DNA of 64,000 nucleotides from Candidatus Nanopelagicales bacterium. GTDB lineage: Bacteria > Actinomycetota > Actinomycetes > S36-B12 > JBBQYX01. Position 1 is the stretch's first letter. Each line of letters begins with the position of its first letter. The stretch covers positions 1,818 to 65,817 of the forward strand of contig JBBQYX010000010.1 of NCBI GenBank assembly GCA_038208295.1, written 5' to 3'. Below the pieces are notes generated by a model. It saw only the letters and a program-made list of their open reading frames with translations. It was not told the origin of the DNA and ran no database searches. The position numbers and the translations under genes were made by a program. This document shows, piece after piece, positions 10,007-18,609 of the stretch.

Positions 10007-10741
10007 GCGGCCCGTGCGCGCCAGCACCACCGCCGCCGCGGCGGCACCCGCGGTAGAAGTGCGCAGCACGGTCGGGCCCAGCCGTACGGCCAATGCCCCG
10101 GCGTCCTGGAAGGCCGTGAGCTCGCTCGGATCGATGCCGCCTTCGGGGCCGACGACCATGACCACGTCGCCCTCATCCGGCAACTGCATCGACGCCATCC
10201 GCAAGGCGGCGGCCTCGTGCAATACCAGGCCGATCTGCGCCGCGCCGATCAGGGCGGCGACCGCGGCCGTGTCCGTCAGGTCGGCGACCTCTGGCACCCA
10301 AGACCGTCGCGATTGCTTGGCCGCCTCCCGCGCGGTGGCCCGCCACCGCGCCAGGCCCCGTACCACCCGCTCCTCGCGCCAGACGGTGACACACCGGGCC
10401 GCGGCCCACGGCACGATCACATCTGCCCCGACCTCGGTGAGCGTTTCCACGGCCAACTCGCCGCGGTCGCCCTTGGCCAGTGCCTGGACGACGACCAACC
10501 GGGGCTGCGGCGCAGGCTCGACGGCGACACTGCGTACCGCGACGATCAGCGCGTCGCGACTCGGCACCTCGTCTACGACTCCGGACAACCGCCGACCGCG
10601 TCCGTCGACCACCTCGACGGGCTCACCGACGCCCAGCCGGCGTACCCGGACGGCGTGCCGGCCCTCGGTTCCGGCCACGCTGATCCGGTCCCCGGGCTCG
10701 GCAGCGGGCAGGTCGGGTACGACGAAGACCGGGGCGCTCAT
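9998..10741 (-). CDS. rsmE: 16S rRNA (uracil1498-N3)-methyltransferase
   Basis: 247 aa. C-terminal 'VVGPEGGIDPSEL...LGPTVLRTSTA' SPOUT-type motif. Conserved position next to dnaJ. Confidence 0.85.
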   Translation of the reverse strand: MSAPVFVVPDLPAAEPGDRISVAGTEGRHAVRVRRLGVGEPVEVVDGRGRRLSGVVDEVPSRDALIVAVRSVAVEPAPQPRLVVVQALAKGDRGELAVETLTEVGADVIVPWAAARCVTVWREERVVRGLARWRATAREAAKQSRRSWVPEVADLTDTAAVAALIGAAQIGLVLHEAAALRMASMQLPDEGDVVMVVGPEGGIDPSELTAFQDAGALAVRLGPTVLRTSTAGAAAAAVVLARTGRWA

Positions 10742-10885
10742 CCAAGTGACCCTAGGTGTCGGTCCCTTTATCCCTACGACTGGTGGTTCGTGGCTGCCCT
10801 AACAAGATCCAAGGCGACCACGAGCCACCACTCGCTAATTGAGGGGGCACCGCTACCGCGACCAATGCCGCCAACCCCTGTCCCA

Positions 10886-10910
10886 GGTGCGCCTTGCCTG
10901 CGAACTCAGC
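10886..10910. repeat. 25-bp perfect direct repeat, copy 1
   Basis: ggtgcgccttgcctgcgaactcagc, identical to 11205-11229. Confidence 0.95.
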
Positions 10911-11204
10911 GACGAGCGAAGGAATCACGGCCGACCAGACCATGATCCCCGCGAGAGGGGCCTTGATCATTCCGACCGGGACCGCGTGGTCGACTTTCCA
11001 AGATCAAAATCGACCACCAGCGCACACTCGTGGAAACCCGACCCCCCACGACCACCCACTCGCGGCGATCAACGGCTCACGGACGCGCCGAAGCAACCAC
11101 GACCGCTCACTCGCGGCGATCAAGCCGAGGACCAGCAGGGACACGTGCGCGCATCCTCACGCAGCGGCCAGCGACCGAGATCAACCTCGCCCACTTCTTC
11201 CCTC

Positions 11205-11229
11205 GGTGCGCCTTGCCTGCGAACTCAGC
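11205..11229. repeat. 25-bp perfect direct repeat, copy 2
   Basis: ggtgcgccttgcctgcgaactcagc, identical to 10886-10910 (319 bp offset). Confidence 0.95.
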
Positions 11230-11287
11230 CATCAGCAAACGCAACGACCCCCGACCCAACCCCGGCCCCGGCCCCGGAACCGCAAGA

Positions 11288-12421
11288 TCACTTGCCGGAG
11301 AATGCATCCTTCAGCCGCGAAAACAGCCCCGGCTGGCCGGAGGTGAAGTTGGCGACCGGACGCTCCTCGCCGCGCAGGCGGGCCAGTTGGCGCAGCAGTT
11401 CTTCCTGCTCGGCGTCCAGCTTGGTCGGCGTGGCCACCTCGAGGTGGACGTGCAGGTCACCGCGACCGGACCCGCGCAGATGCGGCACGCCACGGGCCCG
11501 CAGGGTCGTGACGTGGCCAGAGTGCGCACCGGCCCGAATCTCGACCGGCTCGCTGCTGTCCAGGGTCTCCAGGGTCAGCGTGGTGCCCAGCGCGGCAGCC
11601 GTCATGGGTACGGTCAATGTGCAGTGCAGGTCGTCGCCGCGGCGCTGGAAGACTGGATGCTCCGCCTCGATCAGTTCGACGAACAGGTCCCCGGCCGGCC
11701 CTCCACCGGGACCGACCTCGCCCTCGCCGGTTAGCTGGATACGGGTACCCGAGTCCACCCCGGCGGGGATCTTCACCGACAGGGTGCGGCGGGTTCGGAC
11801 CCGCCCGTCGCCGGCGCACTCCGGGCAGGGATGCGGGACCAGCGTCCCGAAGCCCTGGCACTGCGGGCAGGCGCGCGAGGTCATGACCTGGCCCAGGAAC
11901 GAGCGTTGCACCGACTGCACCTCGCCACGGCCGCGGCACATGGAGCAGGTGACCACCTCGGTGTTGGGGGAGGTGCCGGCGCCATGACAGGACGGACAAC
12001 CGACCGCGGTGTCAATCTGCACCTCGCGGACGGTGCCGAATGCCGCCTCCGCCAAGTCGACCTGCAGCCGGATCAAGGCGTCCTGGCCGCGCCGGGTGCG
12101 CGACCGCGGCCCACGTGTCGCGTTGCCGCCGAAGAACGCGTCCATGATGTCGCCGAAGCCGAAGCCGCCCTGCCCGCTGAAACCGCCGGCCGAGCGGGGA
12201 TCGGCGCCCAGGTCGTACATCTGCCGCTTCTCCGGGTCGGAGAGCACCTCGTAGGCGGCGGTGACCTCCTTGAAGCGCTCCTGCGTATGCGGATCAGGGT
12301 TGACGTCCGGATGCAGTTCACGGGCGAGCTTGCGGTACGAGCGCTTGATGTCCTCGGGGCTCGCATCGCGCGCCACTGCGAGGAGTTCGTACAAGTCGGT
12401 GGCCACGGTGTCCTGTCTCAT
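11288..12421 (-). CDS. dnaJ: Molecular chaperone DnaJ
   Basis: J domain 'DLYELLAV...LARELHPDVN' and four CxxCxGxG zinc-finger repeats (CPSCHGAG, CSMCRGRG, CPQCQGFG, CPECAGDG). Confidence 0.92.
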   Translation of the reverse strand: MRQDTVATDLYELLAVARDASPEDIKRSYRKLARELHPDVNPDPHTQERFKEVTAAYEVLSDPEKRQMYDLGADPRSAGGFSGQGGFGFGDIMDAFFGGNATRGPRSRTRRGQDALIRLQVDLAEAAFGTVREVQIDTAVGCPSCHGAGTSPNTEVVTCSMCRGRGEVQSVQRSFLGQVMTSRACPQCQGFGTLVPHPCPECAGDGRVRTRRTLSVKIPAGVDSGTRIQLTGEGEVGPGGGPAGDLFVELIEAEHPVFQRRGDDLHCTLTVPMTAAALGTTLTLETLDSSEPVEIRAGAHSGHVTTLRARGVPHLRGSGRGDLHVHLEVATPTKLDAEQEELLRQLARLRGEERPVANFTSGQPGLFSRLKDAFSGK

Positions 12422-12495
12422 CAGAGGTGTTCGCGCACTGCAGTTCCGGTGACTGCTGGTTCGTTGATTGCTGGTCTAGCTGCCCGCTCGTTGCG

Positions 12496-13515
12496 TTACT
12501 GCTCGGCCAGGATTCTGCCGAGGTAGCGGGCCACTGCCCGCACGGTGCCCATCGCGCCCGGGTAGTCCATATGCGTGGGACCCAACACCCCGAGGCGGGC
12601 CACGGATTCCTCGCCGCGACCGTAACCGACGGCGACGATGGAGGCCGCCGCCATCCCGTCCACGGAGTTCTCGTGCCCGATACGTACGGTGAGGGCCTCC
12701 GGGCTGGTGGCTTCCCCGAGCAGCCGCAGCAGGACGACCTGCTCCTCCAGCGCCTCCAGCACCGGCTGGACGGTCCGGTCGAAGACCTCTCCGTAACGGG
12801 TGAGGTTCGCGGTGCCGCCGAGCATGACGCGCTCGTCGTCGCGTTCCACCACCGTTTCCAGCAGCGTGGCGGCCACGACGGTGGCCAGCGGTCGCTCGGC
12901 CGGGCTCAAGGCGGTCGTCAGGTCGGCGAGCTCGTCGGGGACCTCGGTGAAGCGGCGCCCGGCGACGGCGGCGTTCAATCGCCCCCGCAGTGCCGAGACC
13001 TGCGCCTCAGTGATCGGCTCGGGGGTCTCGACGACCCGCTGCTCGACCCGGCCGGTGTCAGCGATCAGCACCAGGAGCACCCGTGCGGAGGTCAGCGGCA
13101 CCAACTCGATGTGCCGGATCATCGAACGCACCAGCGACGGATATTGCACCAGCGCGACCTGTCGGGTCAGCTGCGCCAGCAGCCGTACGGTGCGCGCGAT
13201 CACGTCATCGAGGTCGACCGCTTCATCGAGGAAGGAGTGGATAGCCCGACGCTCCCCAGCGGACAGTGGCTTGACTTCGGTCAGCCGGTCGACGAACAGG
13301 CGGTAGCCCTTGTCGGTGGGGACCCGGCCGGCGCTGGTGTGCGGCTGGGCGATATATCCCTCCTCCTCCAGCGCGGCCATGTCGTTGCGGATCGTCGCCG
13401 GCGAGACGCCGAGCGCGTAACGATCGGCCAGGGCCTTGGAGCCCACCGGCTCCCGGGTCGAGACGTAGTCCTCCACGATGGCGCGCAGCACCGTCAGCTT
13501 CCGTTCGTCCAGCAA
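12496..13515 (-). CDS. hrcA: Heat-inducible transcription repressor HrcA
   Basis: N-terminal wHTH '[28 protein letters not shown]'. TTG start preceded by GGGGAGG. A CIRCE operator lies upstream. Confidence 0.9.
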   Translation of the reverse strand: MLDERKLTVLRAIVEDYVSTREPVGSKALADRYALGVSPATIRNDMAALEEEGYIAQPHTSAGRVPTDKGYRLFVDRLTEVKPLSAGERRAIHSFLDEAVDLDDVIARTVRLLAQLTRQVALVQYPSLVRSMIRHIELVPLTSARVLLVLIADTGRVEQRVVETPEPITEAQVSALRGRLNAAVAGRRFTEVPDELADLTTALSPAERPLATVVAATLLETVVERDDERVMLGGTANLTRYGEVFDRTVQPVLEALEEQVVLLRLLGEATSPEALTVRIGHENSVDGMAAASIVAVGYGRGEESVARLGVLGPTHMDYPGAMGTVRAVARYLGRILAEQ

Positions 13516-13600
13516 CTCGCACCTCCCCTGGATGGGCCGTTCAACATCACCATGTTCGGTTCGCCAGCGGCGACGGCCCCCTGCGCCACAGGCTGGCCAC

Positions 13601-13627
13601 TTGGCACTGAGTCCGGGTGAGTGCCAA
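13601..13627. promoter_or_regulatory. CIRCE operator (HrcA binding site)
   Basis: TTGGCACTG-agtccgggt-GAGTGCCAA versus the consensus TTAGCACTC-N9-GAGTGCTAA. The inverted repeat is 86 bp upstream of the hrcA start. Confidence 0.8.
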
Positions 13628-13632
13628 TTCTA
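13627..13632 (-). promoter_or_regulatory. Candidate -10 hexamer TAGAAT of the hrcA promoter
   Basis: On the minus strand, TAGAAT directly abuts CIRCE. I saw no good -35. Confidence 0.45.
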
Positions 13633-13636
13633 CGGC

Positions 13637-14575
13637 GTGGTGGCGGCGCCCGCCCCGCGTCGGCGGCTACGGTTCCCGGTCGTGCCTGCCGCCCGCAGTG
13701 AGCGCCCGCCCGATCCGTACGGCACCGATGTGCTGGCCGCCGGGGCGCGGGACCGCGATCCACGCCGCCGACCCCGGGTGGCCGCGGTGCCTGCGGAGCC
13801 AGGTCTGGTGGTCGAGTGTGCGGATTCGGGCTGGTGCGGGGCCGTCGTCGGCTGGGACAAGGGGGCCGACGGGCTGGCCGTGGTGCTCGCCGACCGGCGC
13901 GGCCGGCGGCGCGCGTTCCCGCTGCAGCCAGCCGGCTTCCGCCTGGACGGGACGCTGGTCACCTTGACACGCCCGGTGGTCCCGGCCACCAGGGCGACCG
14001 CTCGCACGGCCTCGGGGTCGCGGGCCGTCCAGGGCCAGCGCGCCCGGGTCGCCCGTGGCTCGCGGATCTGGGTCGAGGGCAAGCACGATGCCCAATTGGT
14101 GGAGAAGATCTGGGGCGACGACCTGCGGGTCGAGGGCGTCGTGGTGGAGGAGCTCGGGGGCGCGGACCTGCTGGCGGCGGCGGTACGCGACTTCGCGCCG
14201 GGTCCGGACCGGCGGCTGGGGGTGCTGCTGGACCACATCGTCCCGGGGAGTAAGGAGAGCCGCATCGCTGCCGAGGCCCGCCGGGTCGCACCGACCCAGG
14301 TGCTGATCCTCGGTCATCCGTACATCGACGTCTGGCAGGCCGTCCGACCCGCCGTTGCCGGTATCGAGCGCTGGCCGAGCATCCCGCCCGCATTCGAATG
14401 GAAGGACGGGGTCTGCACCGCATTGGGTTGGGGTGCAGACACCGGTGTGGCCTGGCAACGGCTACTGGCACGGGTGCACACGTACGCGGACCTGGAGCCC
14501 AGCCTGCTCGGTCGGGTCGAGGAACTCGTCGATTTCGTCACAGCCACCGAGGCGAACGGCAATGCTGGTCGGTGA
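13637..14575 (+). CDS. DUF3097 domain-containing protein
   Basis: Conserved actinobacterial protein divergent from hrcA ('GSRIWVEGKHDAQLVEKIWGDDLR...LGHPYIDVWQAV'). The start is uncertain: GTG at 13637, 13640 or 13682. Confidence 0.65.
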   Translation: MVAAPAPRRRLRFPVVPAARSERPPDPYGTDVLAAGARDRDPRRRPRVAAVPAEPGLVVECADSGWCGAVVGWDKGADGLAVVLADRRGRRRAFPLQPAGFRLDGTLVTLTRPVVPATRATARTASGSRAVQGQRARVARGSRIWVEGKHDAQLVEKIWGDDLRVEGVVVEELGGADLLAAAVRDFAPGPDRRLGVLLDHIVPGSKESRIAAEARRVAPTQVLILGHPYIDVWQAVRPAVAGIERWPSIPPAFEWKDGVCTALGWGADTGVAWQRLLARVHTYADLEPSLLGRVEELVDFVTATEANGNAGR

Positions 14576-14704
14576 CGGCGATCACATCGTCGTCACCGCG
14601 GCCCGAAACCGGACCACCATGGACGCAAGACACCGCTGTTGGGCAGGCAGCGGCTCGCTCGACCGCATCCGGATCGGCCCGCCCGGTCCTCGAGGAGGAG
14701 ACCC

Positions 14705-15232
14705 ATGACGCAGCAACCCGATGGCCCCAACGTCCCCGAGCAGCCCGAGGGCTCGACCCCGCCACCCGCCGGCGACTACCCCCCGCCGCCCCCGCCGGAG
14801 AGTGGGTACGTACCACAGGGGCAGTACGCACCACAGGGGCAGTACCCGCCGCCCGGCGCCTACCCGCCCGCCGGCGGTTACCCCACGGCCGGGTACACCG
14901 AGACAGCGCTGTCGCCCAGTGACGAGAAGATGTGGTCGATGTTCGCGCACCTCGGCGGCATCGTCTTGGGCTTCATCCCGGCGTTAGTCATCATGCTGAC
15001 CTACGGCAAACGGTCGGCGTTCGTGAAGGACCAGGCCACCGAGGCGCTCAACTTCCAGATCACGCTGATCATCGCCTACGTGGTGAGCGCCGTCCTGATG
15101 CTGGTTCTGATCGGAATCTTCCTACTGATCATCGTTGGCATCGGCGGCCTAGTGCTGATGATCATGGCGGGGATCGCAGCCAACAACGGACAGACGTACC
15201 GCTACCCGATCAACTGGCGGATCGTGAAGTAG
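14705..15232 (+). CDS. DUF4870-type membrane protein with a Pro/Tyr/Gly-rich N-terminus
   Basis: ATG preceded by GAGGAGGAG. 'EKMWSMFAHLGGI...SAFVKDQATEALNFQIT' followed by TM helices. Confidence 0.7.
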   Translation: MTQQPDGPNVPEQPEGSTPPPAGDYPPPPPPESGYVPQGQYAPQGQYPPPGAYPPAGGYPTAGYTETALSPSDEKMWSMFAHLGGIVLGFIPALVIMLTYGKRSAFVKDQATEALNFQITLIIAYVVSAVLMLVLIGIFLLIIVGIGGLVLMIMAGIAANNGQTYRYPINWRIVK

Positions 15233-15350
15233 GCCGCGGCAACGTTTGTCGGCCCGGCCGGCGTCGTACCGTGTTCGGTGGAACGCGTCGACCGGGCCGC
15301 ACTGCGTCCGGAACCGGGCGACCTCGGGCAGCACTGTCGGGGCAGCAGCG

Positions 15351-16562
15351 TTAAGGGAGGACTGCTCGCACGACCGTGTCGGCGAGAAGCCGGCCGCGCA
15401 GTGTCAGGACCAGCCGGCCACGTCGCCAGGCGGCGGGCTCGGCCAGGCCCGCGGAGACAACGGCCGCCGCGGCTGCCCGCCCGGCCGGATCCAGCAGCGC
15501 GGCGTCCAGGCCGCCGCGCAGGCGCACCTGCAGCAGTACCTGTTCGACCCGCCGATCGTCCGCCGTGAGCAGTTCACGCGCCTGCGCAGGGGACGTGCCC
15601 GCAGCCACCGCGGCCGTCCACGCCGCCGGGTGCCGCACGTTCCACCAGCGCACCCCGCCGATATGGGAGTGCGCCCCGGGGCCGACGCCCCACCAGTCGT
15701 GACCCCGCCAGTAGCCGAGGTTGTGCCGGCATTCACCGCCTGGCCGCGCCCAGTTGGAGATCTCGTACCACCGCAGGCCAGCGACGCCCAGGATCTGCTC
15801 GGCCTGCTCGTAGCGCCGTGCGGCCACGTCGTCGTCGGGCAGCGGCAACTCGCCCCGCCGGACCTGCGCCGCGAGCCGAGTCCCGTCCTCGACGACCAGG
15901 GCATACGCGGACACGTGGTCCGCACCGGTCTGCACCGCCGCATCCACCGATGCCGCCCAGTCGGCGTCGGACTCCCCCGGTGTCCCGTAGATCAGATCAA
16001 CACTGATGTGCTCGAAACCCACCGCTGCGGCCTCGCGCACCGCGGCGGTGGCTCGCCCCGGGGTGTGCGTACGGTCCAGCGTGGCCAGCACCTGCGGCGC
16101 AGTGCTCTGCATCCCGAAGGAGACCCGGGTGAAACCGCCGTCACGCAGTGTGGCGAGCGCAGCCCGGTCGACCGAGTCCGGGTTGGCCTCGGTGGTGACC
16201 TCCGCGTCGGCGGTCAAGCCGAATTCCGTACGGATGGCCGCCAGCGCGCGCACCAGATCGGCCGGCGGCAGCAGCGTCGGAGTACCGCCGCCGACGAAGA
16301 CCGTCGACACCGGCCGGACCGTGTCGCCCAGAACGCCGGCCGCAAACCGGATCTCAGCTGCCGCCGTGCCCGCCCAGGTCGACCGCTTGACGTCCGGGCC
16401 GAGTTCCTCCGCGGTGTAGGTGGTGAAGTCGCAATAGCCGCAGCGCGTGGCGCAGAAGGGCACGTGCAGGTAGAAACCGAGCGGCTGGTCGCCGACGAGC
16501 GCCGGCGCCGGCAACGATCCGTCCGCCGGCGCCGGGTCGCCCTCGGGTGGGATCGAGGGCAT
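15351..16562 (-). CDS. hemW: Radical SAM family heme chaperone HemW
   Basis: 'HVPFCATRCGYCDF' CxxxCxxC motif and the conserved lepA-hemW-hrcA neighbourhood. ATG 16562 chosen. Confidence 0.85.
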   Translation of the reverse strand: MPSIPPEGDPAPADGSLPAPALVGDQPLGFYLHVPFCATRCGYCDFTTYTAEELGPDVKRSTWAGTAAAEIRFAAGVLGDTVRPVSTVFVGGGTPTLLPPADLVRALAAIRTEFGLTADAEVTTEANPDSVDRAALATLRDGGFTRVSFGMQSTAPQVLATLDRTHTPGRATAAVREAAAVGFEHISVDLIYGTPGESDADWAASVDAAVQTGADHVSAYALVVEDGTRLAAQVRRGELPLPDDDVAARRYEQAEQILGVAGLRWYEISNWARPGGECRHNLGYWRGHDWWGVGPGAHSHIGGVRWWNVRHPAAWTAAVAAGTSPAQARELLTADDRRVEQVLLQVRLRGGLDAALLDPAGRAAAAAVVSAGLAEPAAWRRGRLVLTLRGRLLADTVVRAVLP

Positions 16563-16575
16563 CAGGCGTGGTCGT

Positions 16576-18420
16576 TCAGTGGTCGGACTTCTTCTCGTAC
16601 ATCGAGTCAATCAGGTCCGCGTTCCGGTCCTCGACGACCTTGCGCTTGACCTTCAGGCTCGGGGTGAGCTCACCATCGTCGACAGTGAAGTCCCGGGACA
16701 GAATGCGGAAGTCCTTGATCGTCTCCCATCGGTTCAGCCGCGCATTGAGCTCGTCCACGGCCTTCTGGACCTCGGCGCGGATCTTGGGATCGTGGGCCAG
16801 GACCGCCGGATCGGCACTCGGCATTCTGTGCGCGGCGACGTAGGCGTCGAGGGCGTCGGGGTCGAGGGTCACCACGGCCGTGGCGAAGTTGCGGTTGTGC
16901 GCCATGACCAGGACATTGCCGGCGAGCGAGCACAGCGCCTTGAACTGCGCCTCGATGGCACCGGGGGCGATGTACTTGCCCCCGGAGGTCTTGACCAGGT
17001 CCTTCTTCCGGTCGGTGATCTTGACTCGACCCTGGTCGTCGATCTCCCCGATGTCGCCGGTGGCGAACCACCCGTCGGGCAGCAGCACCTCGGCAGTCTG
17101 TTCCGGCCGGTTGCGGTAGCCGCGCATGACGCCAGGACCGCGCAGCAGGATCTCGCCGTCCTTGGCGATCATCGCCTCGGTCCCCGAGAACGGCGGGCCG
17201 ACGGTGCCTAAGCCGACCTTGTTGGGCAGGTTCAGGCAGGTGGCTGCGCTGGTCTCGGTGAGCCCGTAGCCCTCCAGGATGACGATCCCGACCGAGTCGA
17301 ACCACTCGCCGAGCTCAACGGCCAGCGCGGCCGACCCGGAGACCAGGTAACGGATCCGGCCGCCCAACCGCGCCTTGATCTTGGCGTAGACGAGTCGGTC
17401 GGCCACCGCGTACTGCGCCATGGTCAACGGACCAGACCTGCGGCCGGCGCGCCGATCGGCCGCCACCTTCGCAGCGACCCCCATCGCCCACTCGAAGATC
17501 TTCGCCTTCGGGCCGCCCTCGGCCGTGCCCTGCCGCAGCACACCCGCGTGCACCTTCTCGAAGATGCGGGGGACGGCGGCCATGAACGTCGGCTTGATCT
17601 CGCCGAGGTTGGCCACGATCTGATCGACCCGCCCGTCGACGACGGTCAGGAAGCCGATCTGCAGTTGTGCGGACAGCAGCACCTTGCCGAAGGAGTGCGC
17701 CAGCGGCAGCCAGAGGAACTGCGTGTCGTCGGGGACCAGGATGCCCAACTTCTCGATGGCGGCACCCTCATAGGTCCAGCAACGGTGGGTGAGCTCGACG
17801 CCCTTGGGTCGACCCGTGGTGCCGGAGGTGTAAATCAGGGTCGCCAGACTGTCCGGACCGGTCGCCGCCACCCGCTCGTCGATCACGTCCGGGGTCCGCT
17901 CCAACAGGGCGCGGCCCATCTCGCGCAACTGATCCCAGGTCAGCACGCCCTCGGCGTCGGCCGTACCGTCGATGAGCACCACCGTGGTCAGGTCCGGGAT
18001 GTTCGCGCGCTCCTCGGTAACCTTCGCCAGTTGGGTCGGGTTCTCCGCGAACAGCACTCCGACGTCGGCGTCGCTGAGGATGTAGGCGATCTCCTCCGGC
18101 TGCGTCGTGGGATAGACCGTCGTCGTCGCGGCACCCGCGCACATCACCGCGAGGTCGGCCAGCACCCATTCGGCCCGGGTCGAACTGGCAATGCCGACCC
18201 GGTCCTCCAGCCCGACGCCGAGCGACACCAGCCCGGCGGCCAACTCGCGTACCTCGGTGTCCATCTGTCGCCAGGTCCAGGTCCGCCAGCCGCCACCGGC
18301 CAACGGGCCCCGTAGCGCGTCCCGGTCGGCCGAGGCCGCCACCCGGTCCAGGAAGGACCGGCCGACGCTCGGAGCAGGGGTGGGGTAGGTCGCGGTCAAC
18401 GAGCCGCTGGTCATGACCAT
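16576..18420 (-). CDS. Long-chain fatty-acid--CoA ligase (AMP-dependent synthetase)
   Basis: AMP-binding motif 'IYTSGTTGRPKGV' and 'TGDIGEIDDQGRVKITDRKKD'. ATG preceded by GGAGG. Confidence 0.85.
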   Translation of the reverse strand: MVMTSGSLTATYPTPAPSVGRSFLDRVAASADRDALRGPLAGGGWRTWTWRQMDTEVRELAAGLVSLGVGLEDRVGIASSTRAEWVLADLAVMCAGAATTTVYPTTQPEEIAYILSDADVGVLFAENPTQLAKVTEERANIPDLTTVVLIDGTADAEGVLTWDQLREMGRALLERTPDVIDERVAATGPDSLATLIYTSGTTGRPKGVELTHRCWTYEGAAIEKLGILVPDDTQFLWLPLAHSFGKVLLSAQLQIGFLTVVDGRVDQIVANLGEIKPTFMAAVPRIFEKVHAGVLRQGTAEGGPKAKIFEWAMGVAAKVAADRRAGRRSGPLTMAQYAVADRLVYAKIKARLGGRIRYLVSGSAALAVELGEWFDSVGIVILEGYGLTETSAATCLNLPNKVGLGTVGPPFSGTEAMIAKDGEILLRGPGVMRGYRNRPEQTAEVLLPDGWFATGDIGEIDDQGRVKITDRKKDLVKTSGGKYIAPGAIEAQFKALCSLAGNVLVMAHNRNFATAVVTLDPDALDAYVAAHRMPSADPAVLAHDPKIRAEVQKAVDELNARLNRWETIKDFRILSRDFTVDDGELTPSLKVKRKVVEDRNADLIDSMYEKKSDH

Positions 18421-18448
18421 CTGAGCCTCCGCGGTAACTGCACAGTTC

Positions 18449-18492
18449 GTGCTTGGCGTGCTTGGCTTGCTTGGCTTGCTGGCTTGCTTGGC
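18449..18492. repeat. 9-bp microsatellite (G/T)TGCTTGGC, about 5 copies
   Basis: gtgcttggc gtgcttggc ttgcttggc ttgctggc ttgcttggc. It lies 29-72 nt upstream of the acyl-CoA ligase ATG. Confidence 0.9.
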
Positions 18493-18609
18493 TTTCCTGC
18501 CACCCTAGAACGCGGCGTGGCCCGGCGTCCCCAGTCCGATCAAGAAACTCGCTCGTCTGGCACCCCACAGCGCCGCCATACCACGGCGCCGATAGGCCGT
18601 ACGGAGCGA

